DNA from: Haliotis cracherodii
Taxonomy: Eukaryota
Length of the DNA: 64,000 bases
Assembly (NCBI RefSeq): GCF_022045235.1
Contig: NW_027266297.1
Location: forward strand, 62,558,001 to 62,622,000
Reading direction: 5' to 3'
Each line of letters opens with the position of its first letter. The first letter of the stretch is position 1. The notes beneath the pieces are model-generated. The model did not search any database, was not told the origin of the DNA, and worked only from the letters and a program-made list of their open reading frames with translations. The position numbers and the translations under genes are program-made. Shown here piece by piece: positions 41,790-52,814 of this stretch.

Positions 41790-41960
41790 CTGAGTCGGGT
41801 ATTCATGTTTAACTGCGGCATAGTATCTCAGCGGGCTGGCACAATAATATTGGCATTAGTCCGGACTAGTGCAATCACACGCACTTACGCACGCACGCGC
41901 GTACTCACACATAGCTATATTAGTGCGATAATGAACACAGCACCACAGTCACACATCATA
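41790..41960 (+). mobile_element. 3' fragment of SINE family 3 inside the Sola element
   Basis: gagtcgggtattcatgtttaactgcggcatagtatctcag matches 52969-53010. Confidence 0.65.
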
Positions 41961-44900
41961 TTATGCAATGTCTGTGTCATAGTCTTCCTCCATAGCATCT
42001 GGTACCGGTAGACAATCAGGTCTGTTACCAGTTGGGAGAGCTTTGTAGTACTCATGATATTCGCTTGGAATAATGCCAGATCTACAAAGAGATAACAAGT
42101 CTTTCTTCTTCGCATGTGATATTTCTTGCTTCCCAGTGTATCTACAAGTAAGGGAGTTGGTTGTGTTCAGAGGTCTTCCTCGTCTACTGCCTGCTGTAAC
42201 CTTGATTTCTCTGAACTGCTCATCATTGTGTTCAGTTTTGAAGTAAACGCTGTCAGGGCTAGTCTTCATAAACCGCAGCCAGCGAACATTTAGCCAGTTA
42301 ACTCTACCACCATCCGTGTCCACTTTAGTATTTTTCAGTCTTTGATGTGCCAATTTCTTGAAGTCCATTACATCCGTGTGTTTGATTGGAATAACGAGAT
42401 AGGGGTCCTTCCTTCTTGCCATTCTGATAACAGTATCCCACTGGCTGGGAACAAAAATACTTGTCTTCTTTTTGGCGAATTCAATACTGGAGTGAATTGC
42501 ATCGCACTCCATTTGGGTGTGTCCTGGCTCCAAGAATTTATGGTCAATGACATCAATGTGGTCAGTGGTAGTGACAGCATGAAGTAGGGAAGCAGCAACA
42601 TATTGGTTCCTATTCTGCCCTGTGCATGTATCTGAATACAGGATAACATGGTTGATGTTAGGAGGCATTGCTTTCAACTGTATTTGTAAACATGATGCAA
42701 TTTCGCATGAACCTCTCTGGGCATCAACCTCTGACCACAGAAAACATGTACCGCTCTTGTGAACAGCATCATGCACTGTGAAATTATAACAATTCAGTTT
42801 TCTCATATAGAAAATTTCGCTAACTAGCGAACATGGCGTGTACAATACTGCCTCAAGGTCAAATGTTCCAACAAAGACAGAGGATTCTGTCAAGGCAAGT
42901 GCTTTGTCCTTAATCTTTGCCTCTCGAGCTCTGATTTTTCTGGCTTGGTGTTCATTGAAATCCTTTGTTAATTGTTCTGTCAGGCAACCAGTGTCTCTTT
43001 CTCTGTAATATTGCTGACAAAGCGAACACTGGTCCTTCTTTGGTACATGGAAAGAAAAATTATATTCTTTATTGAAGACGTTTCTGTAGAGTGATGAGGA
43101 CACTGGTTCTTTGTTGTCTGCAGCACACCTTTCCTTATAAAGATCATACATCTTTTTAATATTCAATTCTGGTCCTAAAAATTGCCTGTTTGTATCTTTT
43201 CTTGTGTAGTGGGCATCCATCTTAGGAAATGACTCGATGTGTTCCCTTACTTTTGTCAAGCGATCACTAGCAGTTTTATTGTGTGGCTTATGTCTACCGC
43301 GACGTTCTGTGCTCCCAAAGGTTCCCTGGCTCTTGTGCTGTAAGGCATGGCTGATATATGACTCCCCAATGTCAAGTGTCTTCATGAAAAACTTCTTGCA
43401 AACAAGATGTCTTGTTCCTTCCCACTGTAGATTAAATGCCCGATAGACTTGGCGTTTCTTTTCCACCTTTTTTTCACTGTCATCCAGGTATGTACGGGTT
43501 TTCTTTTCATCAGTGTTGGAACAAACAAAATCCTTTTGCCTTTCATATGATGCCAAGCTTCTAAATGCTTTAAATATACTGTGTCGAGCTTCTTCGGGGA
43601 TCTTCTGGGTGCACTTATATCTACATTTTGAGCAGTCGACTGCTTTAACCGATTTTCCTTTCATGGTCTTCCCTTGCTGGTTCACATATTCCATTCCACC
43701 TAATCTCAGGTGTTTCCTTTGATTTTTTAACCATGTCTCGGGCGTCGCACGTCTCTTTCTAAACAACACCTTTCTAGGAGGTGTATGGAAGGCTGCCGAC
43801 TTTCTTGGAGTTGCAGATCGAGTTGGGTTCTGTTTGTTTGGGGTTGATGCTGTATTACCTGATGACACTGTGTCGTCACCATGCTGTGAAGATACTGGAA
43901 CTGGACTTGAAGTATTTGAACTGATCACAGGACCTTCTGGCATTACATGGTTGCGTTCATTTACAGCAGGACAAGAAACATCAGAGATGCTGATCGACTG
44001 GAGACAACTTGCAGCTGATTTGGACGTTCCAGGACAGGTAGCTCTAGAAGCACATGCTTCTGTTGTTTCATGTTGAGTACTTGAGTACTGAGAAGATTTT
44101 GTGATGTTATTTTCTATCATTGTGTTTGACAAATGGTTAGCCAGTGGTGTGCATGCATCATAATGATCTTCAATACCTTTTATGGATGTAAATGCGAGGA
44201 TTATTCTTCTCTCAGTGCATTGTTGACGAATTGTAGGTTGGACATCAATTACAGGAGTTGATGCCTTGCTGGAGAAAATACGGACACCACGACCTGACCA
44301 GTTAGCAAGTGCTAATGGCAGGAAATCAGCAACCTTATTGGTGAAATATCCATTCCTGCGAAGATGTTCCACTTCCAGTGAATAACTTTGCCATGTTTCC
44401 AGGTTGTTTTCCTCCACTTCAGCATAGAAATCAGAATAAGTGATGATATTATCATCAAGATGATCACACAGTTGTTTCCTCAGTTCACATTCACTCACAT
44501 TAAGTTGAAGTGCAGAAGCCTTAAAAAAGCAATTTCCATCAGCCGGTACCTTCAGTAACTTGTATCCATTACAATGCAGAAGCTGTTCTAATCTCTCCGT
44601 GTGAAACTTTTTCATTTGAGATTCATACATGTAGTTGGTATGACTTTCATGTAATGTCTTCAGAACAACAGTTTCCTCCAATTCCCCACTTGACCTTTCA
44701 TGAAATTTGCTATGAACAATATTCTTCTGATTTGGTATTGTCAATTCTGTTTCCGATTCAGTGGTGTCAGACGAGCATAAATCTTCTTCATTCGGAAGGT
44801 ACTCTTCGGATGATGTTTCGATGCTACTTTCAACATGTGTATGTCTATATTTCCCCAAATAAATTAAAGGTTCGTCATCAGAGCTGTCAAATTCATTTTC

Positions 44901-46835
44901 ATTTCCTCCCTCACTGGTATTACTGGAACGTGGCTCTATGTAGTCTTGAGGGGCTTTCGTATGCGTTGCCGACAAAGGATCTGTGTTGTCAGTAGTTTGT
45001 ACCTGATTAGCATCCATGTTGGTTGCCGTCAATGGATCTGCGCTGTCAGTGGTTGGTAGCTGATCAGTTTCCATGTTGGTTGCCGTCAATGGATCTGCGT
45101 TGTCAGTGGTTGGTAATTGATTAGCTTCCATGCTGGTTGCCGCCAATGGATCTGCGTTGTCAGTGGTTGGTAATTGATTAGCTTCCATGCTGGTTGCCGC
45201 CAATGGATCTGCATTGTCAGTGGTTGGTAATTGATTAGCTTCCATGCTGGTTGCCGCCAATGGATCTGGGTTGTCAGTGTTTGGTAACTGATTAGCTTCC
45301 ATGTTGGTTGCCGCCAATGGATCTGGGTTGTCAGTGGTTGGTTGTGGATTTGGTTCCATGCTCGTTGCCGTCAATGGAACTGTGTTGTCAGTTGTTGGTA
45401 GCTGGTGAGCATCCATGTTGGTTGCCGTCAATGGATATGGGTTGTCAGTGGTTGGTAGCGGATTCGGTTCCATGTTGGTTGCCGTCAATGGATCTGGGTT
45501 GTCAGTGGTTGGTAGCTGATTAGCATCCATGTTGGTTGCCGTCAATGGATCTGCGTTGTCATTGGTTGGTAGCGGATTCGGTTCCATGTTGGTTGCCGTC
45601 AATGGATCTGGGTTGTCAGTGGTTGGTAGCTGATTAGCATCCATGTTGGTTGCCGTCAATGGAACTGGGTTGTCAGTGGTTGGTAGCTGATTAGCATCCA
45701 TGTTGGTTGCCGTCAATGGAATTTGGTTGTCAGTGGTTGGTAGCGGATTCGGTTCCATGTTGGTTGCCGTCAATGGAACTGGGTTGTCAGTGGTTGGTAG
45801 CTGATTAGCTTCCATGCTGGTTGCCGCCAATGGATCTGCGTTGTCAGTGGTTGGTAATTGATTAGCTTCCATGCTGGTTGCCGCCAATGGATCTGCGTTG
45901 TCAGTGGTTGGTAATTGATTAGCTTCCATGCTGGTTGCCGCCAATGGATCTGCGTTGTCAGTGGTTGGTAATTGATTAGCTTCCATGCTGGTTGCCGCCA
46001 ATGGATCTGGGTTGTCAGTGTTTGGTAACTGATTAGCTTCCATGTTGGTTGCCGCCAATGGATCTGGGTTGTCAGTGGTTGGTTGTGGATTTGGTTCCAT
46101 GCTCGTTGCCGTCAATGGAACTGTGTTGTCAGTTGTTGGTAGCTGGTGAGCATCCATGTTGGTTGCCGTCAATGGATATGGGTTGTCAGTGGTTGGTAGC
46201 GGATTCGGTTCCATGTTGGTTGCCGTCAATGGATCTGGGTTGTCAGTGGTTGGTAGCTGATTAGCATCCATGTTGGTTGCCGTCAATGGATCTGCGTTGT
46301 CATTGGTTGGTAGCGGATTCGGTTCCATGTTGGTTGCCGTCAATGGATCTGGGTTGTCAGTGGTTGGTAGCTGATTAGCATCCATGTTGGTTGCCGTCAA
46401 TGGAACTGGGTTGTCAGTGGTTGGTAGCTGATTAGCATCCATGTTGGTTGCCGTCAATGGAATTTGGTTGTCAGTGGTTGGTAGCGGATTCGGTTCCATG
46501 TTGGTTGCCGTCAATGGAACTGGGTTGTCAGTGGTTGGTAGCTGATTAGCATACACGCTGGTTGCTGACAAAGGATCTGCGTTGTGAATGGTTGGTAGCT
46601 GATTAACATCCATGTTGGTTGCCGTCAATGGATCTGGGTTGTCAGTGGTTGGAAGCTGATAAGCATCCATGTTGGTTGCCGTCAATGGAACTGGGTTGTC
46701 AGTGGTTGGTAGCGGATTCGGTTCCATGTTGGTGGGTGGTTGTGGCACAATATGGTGTAATATCTGATTGTTCTCAATAATATTGCAAGCTTCCAAAATG
46801 TCTTGATCTTCGAAGTCAGAATCAAACTCACTCAT
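41961..46835 (-). CDS. Sola1-type DDD transposase fused to an OTU-like cysteine protease and a 19-aa tandem-repeat region (~1624 aa)
   Basis: Uninterrupted ORF. Likely ATG at 46835, just after a polypyrimidine/AG acceptor (46846); candidate donor GTGAGT at 47264. Motifs: VPADGNCFF...DHYDA (OTU); CSKCRYKC, VCKKFF, PKKDQCSLC; TFDLE, YSDTCTGQNRN, GHTQMECDAIHSSIE (transposase). Confidence 0.85.
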   Translation of the reverse strand: MSEFDSDFEDQDILEACNIIENNQILHHIVPQPPTNMEPNPLPTTDNPVPLTATNMDAYQLPTTDNPDPLTATNMDVNQLPTIHNADPLSATSVYANQLPTTDNPVPLTATNMEPNPLPTTDNQIPLTATNMDANQLPTTDNPVPLTATNMDANQLPTTDNPDPLTATNMEPNPLPTNDNADPLTATNMDANQLPTTDNPDPLTATNMEPNPLPTTDNPYPLTATNMDAHQLPTTDNTVPLTATSMEPNPQPTTDNPDPLAATNMEANQLPNTDNPDPLAATSMEANQLPTTDNADPLAATSMEANQLPTTDNADPLAATSMEANQLPTTDNADPLAATSMEANQLPTTDNPVPLTATNMEPNPLPTTDNQIPLTATNMDANQLPTTDNPVPLTATNMDANQLPTTDNPDPLTATNMEPNPLPTNDNADPLTATNMDANQLPTTDNPDPLTATNMEPNPLPTTDNPYPLTATNMDAHQLPTTDNTVPLTATSMEPNPQPTTDNPDPLAATNMEANQLPNTDNPDPLAATSMEANQLPTTDNADPLAATSMEANQLPTTDNADPLAATSMEANQLPTTDNADPLTATNMETDQLPTTDSADPLTATNMDANQVQTTDNTDPLSATHTKAPQDYIEPRSSNTSEGGNENEFDSSDDEPLIYLGKYRHTHVESSIETSSEEYLPNEEDLCSSDTTESETELTIPNQKNIVHSKFHERSSGELEETVVLKTLHESHTNYMYESQMKKFHTERLEQLLHCNGYKLLKVPADGNCFFKASALQLNVSECELRKQLCDHLDDNIITYSDFYAEVEENNLETWQSYSLEVEHLRRNGYFTNKVADFLPLALANWSGRGVRIFSSKASTPVIDVQPTIRQQCTERRIILAFTSIKGIEDHYDACTPLANHLSNTMIENNITKSSQYSSTQHETTEACASRATCPGTSKSAASCLQSISISDVSCPAVNERNHVMPEGPVISSNTSSPVPVSSQHGDDTVSSGNTASTPNKQNPTRSATPRKSAAFHTPPRKVLFRKRRATPETWLKNQRKHLRLGGMEYVNQQGKTMKGKSVKAVDCSKCRYKCTQKIPEEARHSIFKAFRSLASYERQKDFVCSNTDEKKTRTYLDDSEKKVEKKRQVYRAFNLQWEGTRHLVCKKFFMKTLDIGESYISHALQHKSQGTFGSTERRGRHKPHNKTASDRLTKVREHIESFPKMDAHYTRKDTNRQFLGPELNIKKMYDLYKERCAADNKEPVSSSLYRNVFNKEYNFSFHVPKKDQCSLCQQYYRERDTGCLTEQLTKDFNEHQARKIRAREAKIKDKALALTESSVFVGTFDLEAVLYTPCSLVSEIFYMRKLNCYNFTVHDAVHKSGTCFLWSEVDAQRGSCEIASCLQIQLKAMPPNINHVILYSDTCTGQNRNQYVAASLLHAVTTTDHIDVIDHKFLEPGHTQMECDAIHSSIEFAKKKTSIFVPSQWDTVIRMARRKDPYLVIPIKHTDVMDFKKLAHQRLKNTKVDTDGGRVNWLNVRWLRFMKTSPDSVYFKTEHNDEQFREIKVTAGSRRGRPLNTTNSLTCRYTGKQEISHAKKKDLLSLCRSGIIPSEYHEYYKALPTGNRPDCLPVPDAMEEDYDTDIA
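44967..46733 (-). repeat. Coding minisatellite, 31 x 57 bp, with a 741-bp higher-order duplication
   Basis: Unit about TNM(D/E)ANQLPTTDNPDPLTA. Units 5-16 recur as units 18-29. Confidence 0.95.
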
Positions 46836-48340
46836 TTTCCAATGCCTATAGAAAGAAAACAAAAAACATAAGAAAACAATACATAGCACTGGTCTTGAAA
46901 TATTTGTGTATGTGACATTATTTCTCAATTTACAATCTAACTTCATGTATCATATATTTACTCTTATGTAAACTTTACTTGTGTTTATGAAAGATGTTTA
47001 TGTTAAAAACACAAGTCTCACCCATGTCATTTACATACTATTTTATAGCAAAATTAACAAAAAATTCTCTGCGATTATCTGAAAACATCCAAGAACACAC
47101 TAAAAGTTAACGAACACTCATTTGATAATGACTTAAACATAAAAATCCGTTATATAAATCATCAGACGTGTTGTTGCGTCGTAACTTTATAACAATATAA
47201 GAGATCAATTTTCAAAAATTAGTAAAATAACAGATAATTTAATTAAATTTACAGTTTTACTCACCTTAAACGTATTTATGTTGATGAAAATAATTTGGAC
47301 TATGATATTTCCGTTGTAAGACGTTTGTGTAGTGGGGTTTATCTTCGACGCCAGGACCAAGTAATGACCATTAGTATAAGCTGACTGGAATTTGGCCCGG
47401 GGATCAGATATAAACATCCTGGGCCATAGAAGGCTAGCACCAGTTAACATCATCTGGTGCGGGGGAGCGCTATCTCTAATCGTAAACACAAAAAGCCAGC
47501 ACATCTCAAATGCTTATCAGTTGTTACGGCTCTCCAATTAAAGGAGTCTGAAGCCTATATCAGAGTGCTAGAATGTGTCAATTCTCGATACGTTTTTCTG
47601 GCTTAATAGAATTGAGTGAAAACTTTAATGTTGTGTATACCAGCATGTAGTATTTTAGTATAGAACATCCTGGCGCAACACGAGAACAGAGTTAAGTGAT
47701 AAGTTGTTTATGTCTTGTTGAATATCTTTTGAAATATACAATGTAGTACATAGATATTTTGGCGTAGGATTATATATGGTCATACAATGTTTTGAAAGTC
47801 ATAAAGTCAATTTTAATATTTTACAAGATAATGTGTTCTGGCACTAACCCCTCGATATGTTAGAAAATATGTCAGGGTCTGTTATGTTAAATTAACATTT
47901 GGTCCCTATGCCTATTAATTATTTATACGGGGCATTTGTTGCATAACATCTTTGTACAGACAATCTACACCTTCGTTGTATCTAAGTCACCATGTAATTA
48001 CGATTGAAATATCGCATTTGAAGCTTCATGTATTAAGATCACAAAATATGGTTGGTATTTTACAGGTTGTACACAAAGCACGAGAAACACTGTTATATAT
48101 TTACTCATGGTAAGAATCGGCGTTCAATCTCACCACATAATCATGATTAAAAATACTACACGAAATATTTACAAATTTTCGAACATAATCCATTCACCAA
48201 AATAAATAAAACTTTCCTAGATCTATCTGATGACAAATTAACAGAAGGTGACATCCATAAATTATCTTCCTTATTCAGATTTAGGTTCACGATAACAATG
48301 ACACTGGCAATATAAGTGGCAGCAGACATACGTAACAGGA

Positions 48341-49040
48341 CCTACAACACTTTTCACAGCACTCATGGATGTCAAGAATTCTGGACACTGTGGTTGCTTT
48401 GAAGCTGGCAGGAATTCGGTGTTTTCAGTTTGACATCTTGTCCGAAATTGGCAAGAAGATCGTTAAATGCCTCAATTTCGCTGGTGTTGCTTTTATATGG
48501 ACTCAGTCATCTTTCTAGTAACTGATCTATCTCAAGTATGCCCCGTGTTTGTCAACAACCAACTGTGGGAAATCTCAATCACATTTCTTTTCACAATCCA
48601 GCCACTACTCAATATTGTACGTGCGTTTCAGTCATTTGGAGTCACTAACAACCACTGCAAATAAACTTACTACATTCTCATAACTCATACTCGTACGTAA
48701 TCGATATTAATAGCGAAAGGCCCCCACTCAGTTTGAACACTGTAAATACATTTGTAAGTTTACTTACGTATTAGTTGGTCTGAAAATATATGTCAGAAAA
48801 TATTCTCAGAGTCTGTTATTTTAAATTTACATTTGGTCCCTATGCCTATTAATTATTTATACGGGGCATTTGTTGCATAACATCTTCGTACAGACAACCT
48901 GTCCCTTTGTTGTTTCCAAGTCTTCAAGTAATTACGATTAAAATATCGCATTTATTAAAACACTTATCTACTGTTATCACATTATGAAGTTCGTGAACAG
49001 TTTTCAGGTGTAGACATAGCCCGAGAAACACTGTTATATA
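48341..49040 (+). repeat. Paralogous copy of the segment 39177-48100, lacking the MITE and Sola insertions
   Basis: Shared blocks cctacaac..gcactca.ggatgtcaa, ccccactcagtttgaa and catttggtccctatgcctattaattatttatacggggcatttgttgcataacatc. Confidence 0.85.
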
Positions 49041-50283
49041 TTTTGTATTACCAATGACATTAACGTTTTACTGGCGAAAGTCCATTCAGTTAATAATGTA
49101 TAATATGCACAGCACGGAAGACTAGTAAGTTGACAGGCTGTGTGGAACTACCTTGTTCAGACTGTTAGATATGTCATTGATGAAAATCAGAAAATATGTC
49201 GATGTATTTCGTCTATTTTGTGTGTAAAGTGCTTATCATTTAATCAATATGTATTACAAAAGCGAATCGCATGTTATGCAGTGTTGACGATTCAGGTATG
49301 TACATATGCACGCCATTGATGTACTCATTATTCAGAAGATGGGAGTGAAGTTGAACGTAATCTGTACACTTTAGAGAGATGGATTCATATAAACCAAAAG
49401 AAGACAATTTAGTCGCTTCGTTATGTAATAAATGGATGTGAGGAATTGTTGTAAAATAAGGTTGATATCATTGTTAACTTAAGTCAGATGTTTTTGGCCA
49501 GTGTATGGAATAACGAATGGAGACTGATGAACAAAATAGGGAAGTAAATATTTACGAATGGGTCCGAAAACAAGATACATAATCCTTTTTGCCTTTAGTT
49601 GTCATACATGGTCCTTAGCGCTGATAATGACCTAGTTTACAAAGAAATATCTTATCTAACAAACACAATGAACTTAGTGTATTGAAGGTCATCAAAGCAT
49701 GCGTCTAATTTATTTTGGCATATCGTGGCTAAAGTTTGAAATTTGTGTTCTTAGCAAGTTCAACAATAGCTTTATTTCTCGTATTATTGATTTTCGGTAC
49801 GATAAATTTCAAAAATCAAACATCCGTGTCTGCTTTGGTTCCCAAGGAAAGGAATCCTTCAAATGTCAAGGTTCATCGATATTACCCCTATTAATATAAA
49901 GACAATAAAACCGTTTTAGTCCTCTTTGTCAATACAAAAGAACATGTAGACTTATTTGTTATGTGGCAGTGCAACATGGGATACATTCCATCAACGAAAT
50001 TAACTTTTGTATGCTTGGAAAAAAATCATTTGAAGCAGGCTATGTATAGCTTTGATCTGTAACCGAATCAGGGTATTTATCACGAGAAAGCAAGAGGTAT
50101 CTGTATGTAGAAGCAATTGGAAGCAGTATACCGATATAAGATCAAGTATCGATGATGACTCTACCTAGGCTATAACATAACACAATACATCGCGTCATGG
50201 ACAGGGGTTGAATATTTCACTGTTCATTATTTGATGGAAATATATGACATTGTCGCACAATTAACACCATGAGTCACATGATG

Positions 50284-50803
50284 CGAGGGGTGGCTGAAGA
50301 GTTCTAAGCCTAACTGTGAAAGACCCGCACCAAGTCGATGGTTTTCATTTATTTCTCCACATAGTCACCTTCCAGGTTTACACACTTTTGCCAGCGATGC
50401 TGCAAGGCCATGCCGGTCAAAAAATCTTTTTCTTCAGCCACCCTAAAAAAAGTCATTCACGGCGGAAATGACGTCATCATTACCAGGAAAATGGCGACCG
50501 GCTAGTTCCCTTTTCATTTGGGGAAACAGGTGGAAGTCTGACGGGGCCAAATCGGGTGAATAAGGGGGATGGTCAATGAGTTCGAAGCCACAATCATGGA
50601 TCGCTGACATGGCAACCACCGATTTGTTAACTCCTTTAGTGAGCATTCACCGTCGCTTAGCTTCACGCAACTGTCTCAGTAGGTCAGCATGATATCTTCC
50701 ATTGATAGTCTGGCCTTTTTCAAGGTAGTCAATCAGCAGAATATCCTTGGAATCCCAAAAGACTGAAGCCATCACCTTTCCAGCAGGAGGAACCGACTTG
50801 GCT

Positions 50804-50835
<32 letters not shown>

Positions 50836-51560
50836 TGGTGATTCCGGATGCTTCCATTGTTTAGACTGAATTTTGGTTTCTGGTTGAAAGTGATGAATCC
50901 AGGTCTCATCCATGGTTACAAATCGGGCCAAAAATTCATCGGGATCTGCTTCAAAACGGCACACATTGTCACGGGACGTCAGGAATCCGACACGTTTCTG
51001 ATCCGCTGTCAAGAGCATTGGCACCCATCTTGCAGAAACTTTTGTCATTCCCAACTCGTTGGTGATAATGTGCTCAACCCTCTCATGAGAGATGCCCACA
51101 ACTCTGGCAATATGTCGAGTGGTCAATCGTCGATCAGCCATCACCATGTCATGCACCCGGGTAATGTTTTCCGGAATGGTTGCTGTTGAAGGCCTTCTTG
51201 TACGCGGGTCATCGTCAAGGCTCTCTCTGCCACGCTTGAATTCCGCAGCCCGCTTCTTTACAGTGGAAAAGGAAGGGGCATCATCCCCTAAAGTGGAGAC
51301 CATGTCAGCATGTATCTGTGTTGGAGTTAGCCCTTTCAGTTGCAGGTACTTGATGACTGCCCTATAGCCAGTTTTGTCCATTTCTGGTGATTTCAATGGG
51401 TAGGTTCACAAGATGGTCTGGTACAAAGACAATAATAACACTACAGTTGCAGTTCTTATGTCTATGATTCATGAAATGATTGTACTTGTTGGTGGCAAAA
51501 GTTTGTTTCAATCCGATTGAGATATCCCACTCAGGCTTAGAACTTTTCAGCCAGCCCTCG
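50284..51560 (-). mobile_element. Mariner element, defective
   Basis: 28-bp TIR CGAGGG(G/C)TGGCTGAA(G/A)AGTTCTAAGCCT; TA on the right, TG on the left. Transposase 'SARWVP', 'TMDETW', 'PYSPDLAPSDF'. TGA at 50649-50647 and the second catalytic Asp motif (H.DNA) is missing. Confidence 0.9.
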
Positions 51561-52352
51561 TACGTTGTTCTAAGGACACCAAGAGTTGAGGTGGCTTTCA
51601 CGACACTTATGCACTAATGCTCACCTTGTCTGCTTTGAGTCACATCAATATGTACAGAACTGCCGTTAAATAGCTGGAATATTGCTGAGTCTTGCGTTAA
51701 ACAACAAATACACTTGCAGAAACATATTGTTTCGAAACTGCACGAAACTGTTATGAGCATGTCATGTTTTACCCCACCGCCTATTCGCACAGATATTGGA
51801 ACATATTATGTAGAACACAACGGGCCGCGTACTATTAAATTAGATCATCTTAGTGATGGATTAACACTGTGTAGGTGGATTGGTATATATGGTAACGTTT
51901 ATATGAGAAAAACCTTAATTATAATCAGAAACAACAATAATAAAAACATAAATTATCGTGAGAGCTTCAAGAATACTGTTTTTAATAATTATGTTGTCAC
52001 ATAATTTAAAAAACCCACAATTACTCCCACATTTTTTGCATCATTATGTATGAAACTGCTGTGGCAGTATTGTCTGAGTGTCTCTCTGCTTCTGACTGAT
52101 ATATTTCTCAAATTTTGTCCAAAACTTACGTTTATTAGCTTGATTCTGAGCATTTTGTCACTTGGGTTGGTACGGGGAAATGATTGTTGACAAACAAGCT
52201 GCCAGTGACGTCACATCTCGTAAAATATCAGAAAAACGCGATTCAAAATCTATCTCTATATAGCTTATTAGATGTTTGATAAGTTGCGAAATATTAACGC
52301 TGCTACCATAATTAATAGCAGACATAGTATTTCATTTATCCCCCTGTCTTTC

Positions 52353-52514
52353 AGGGGCGGTCGGGTAGCCTAGTGGTTAAAGCGTTCGCTCGTCACACCG
52401 AAGACCCGGGTTCGATTCCCGACATGGGGACAATGTGTGAAGCCCATTTCTGGTATTCCCAGCCGTGATATTGCTGGAATATTGCTAAAAGCGGCGTAAA
52501 ACCATACTCACTCA
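52353..52514 (+). mobile_element. tRNA-derived SINE family 1, full length
   Basis: A and B boxes. 11-bp TSD ccctgtctttc at 52342-52352 and 52515-52525. Confidence 0.9.
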
Positions 52515-52814
52515 CCCTGTCTTTCGAATGAAAGGATATTCACACTGTTCATTTCTGTAATTCGCTATGGTCATGTATATCGTTATGTTTTGCAATATAT
52601 TCTTATGATTCAGAAAGCGAAACCTTTTAGCCAAACCAGGACATATCTACCTGGACTCTGCTCTGTACTATCCATATCCTTCTTGTATTCTATACCATTA
52701 ATGCAGGGTTGTATTAATCATAATGGTACGGGAAACACCTTACAAAACAACTTATCAAAATATATAATCATCACTCTCGTCAATCCTATCAACCTTTCTA
52801 ACTGTCTTTGCAAT

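Larger units (their letters stand above)
40444..47854 (-). mobile_element. Full-length Sola1-type DNA transposon (7411 bp)
   Basis: Perfect 20-bp TIR CGAGGGGTTAGTGCCAGAAC (40444-40463 and 47835-47854), extending to 29 bp with 3 mismatches. 4-bp TSD ATAT (40440-40443, 47855-47858). Single-ATAT empty site in the paralogous segment at 48788-48791. Confidence 0.9.

Noticed and set aside
45308-46264. Two identical 71-aa plus-strand ORFs
   Set aside because: Antisense shadows of the 741-bp higher-order repeat.
44967-46733. Regular array resembling CRISPR or a mucin gene
   Set aside because: No unique spacers. It is a 57-bp coding minisatellite within the transposase ORF, with no signal peptide after the probable ATG.
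46836-46946. First 37 aa of the 1661-aa ORF, with a hydrophobic stretch
   Set aside because: Reads as an intron polypyrimidine tract ending in AG at 46846; the ATG at 46835 is more plausible.
50284-50290. Mariner and Sola TIRs both start CGAGGG
   Set aside because: Similarity is limited to the first 6-8 bp; TSDs and transposases differ, so coincidence is likely.
52353-52430. tRNA gene (also at 2762 and 10066)
   Set aside because: tRNA-like head followed by a shared body, tail and TSDs, so these are SINEs.
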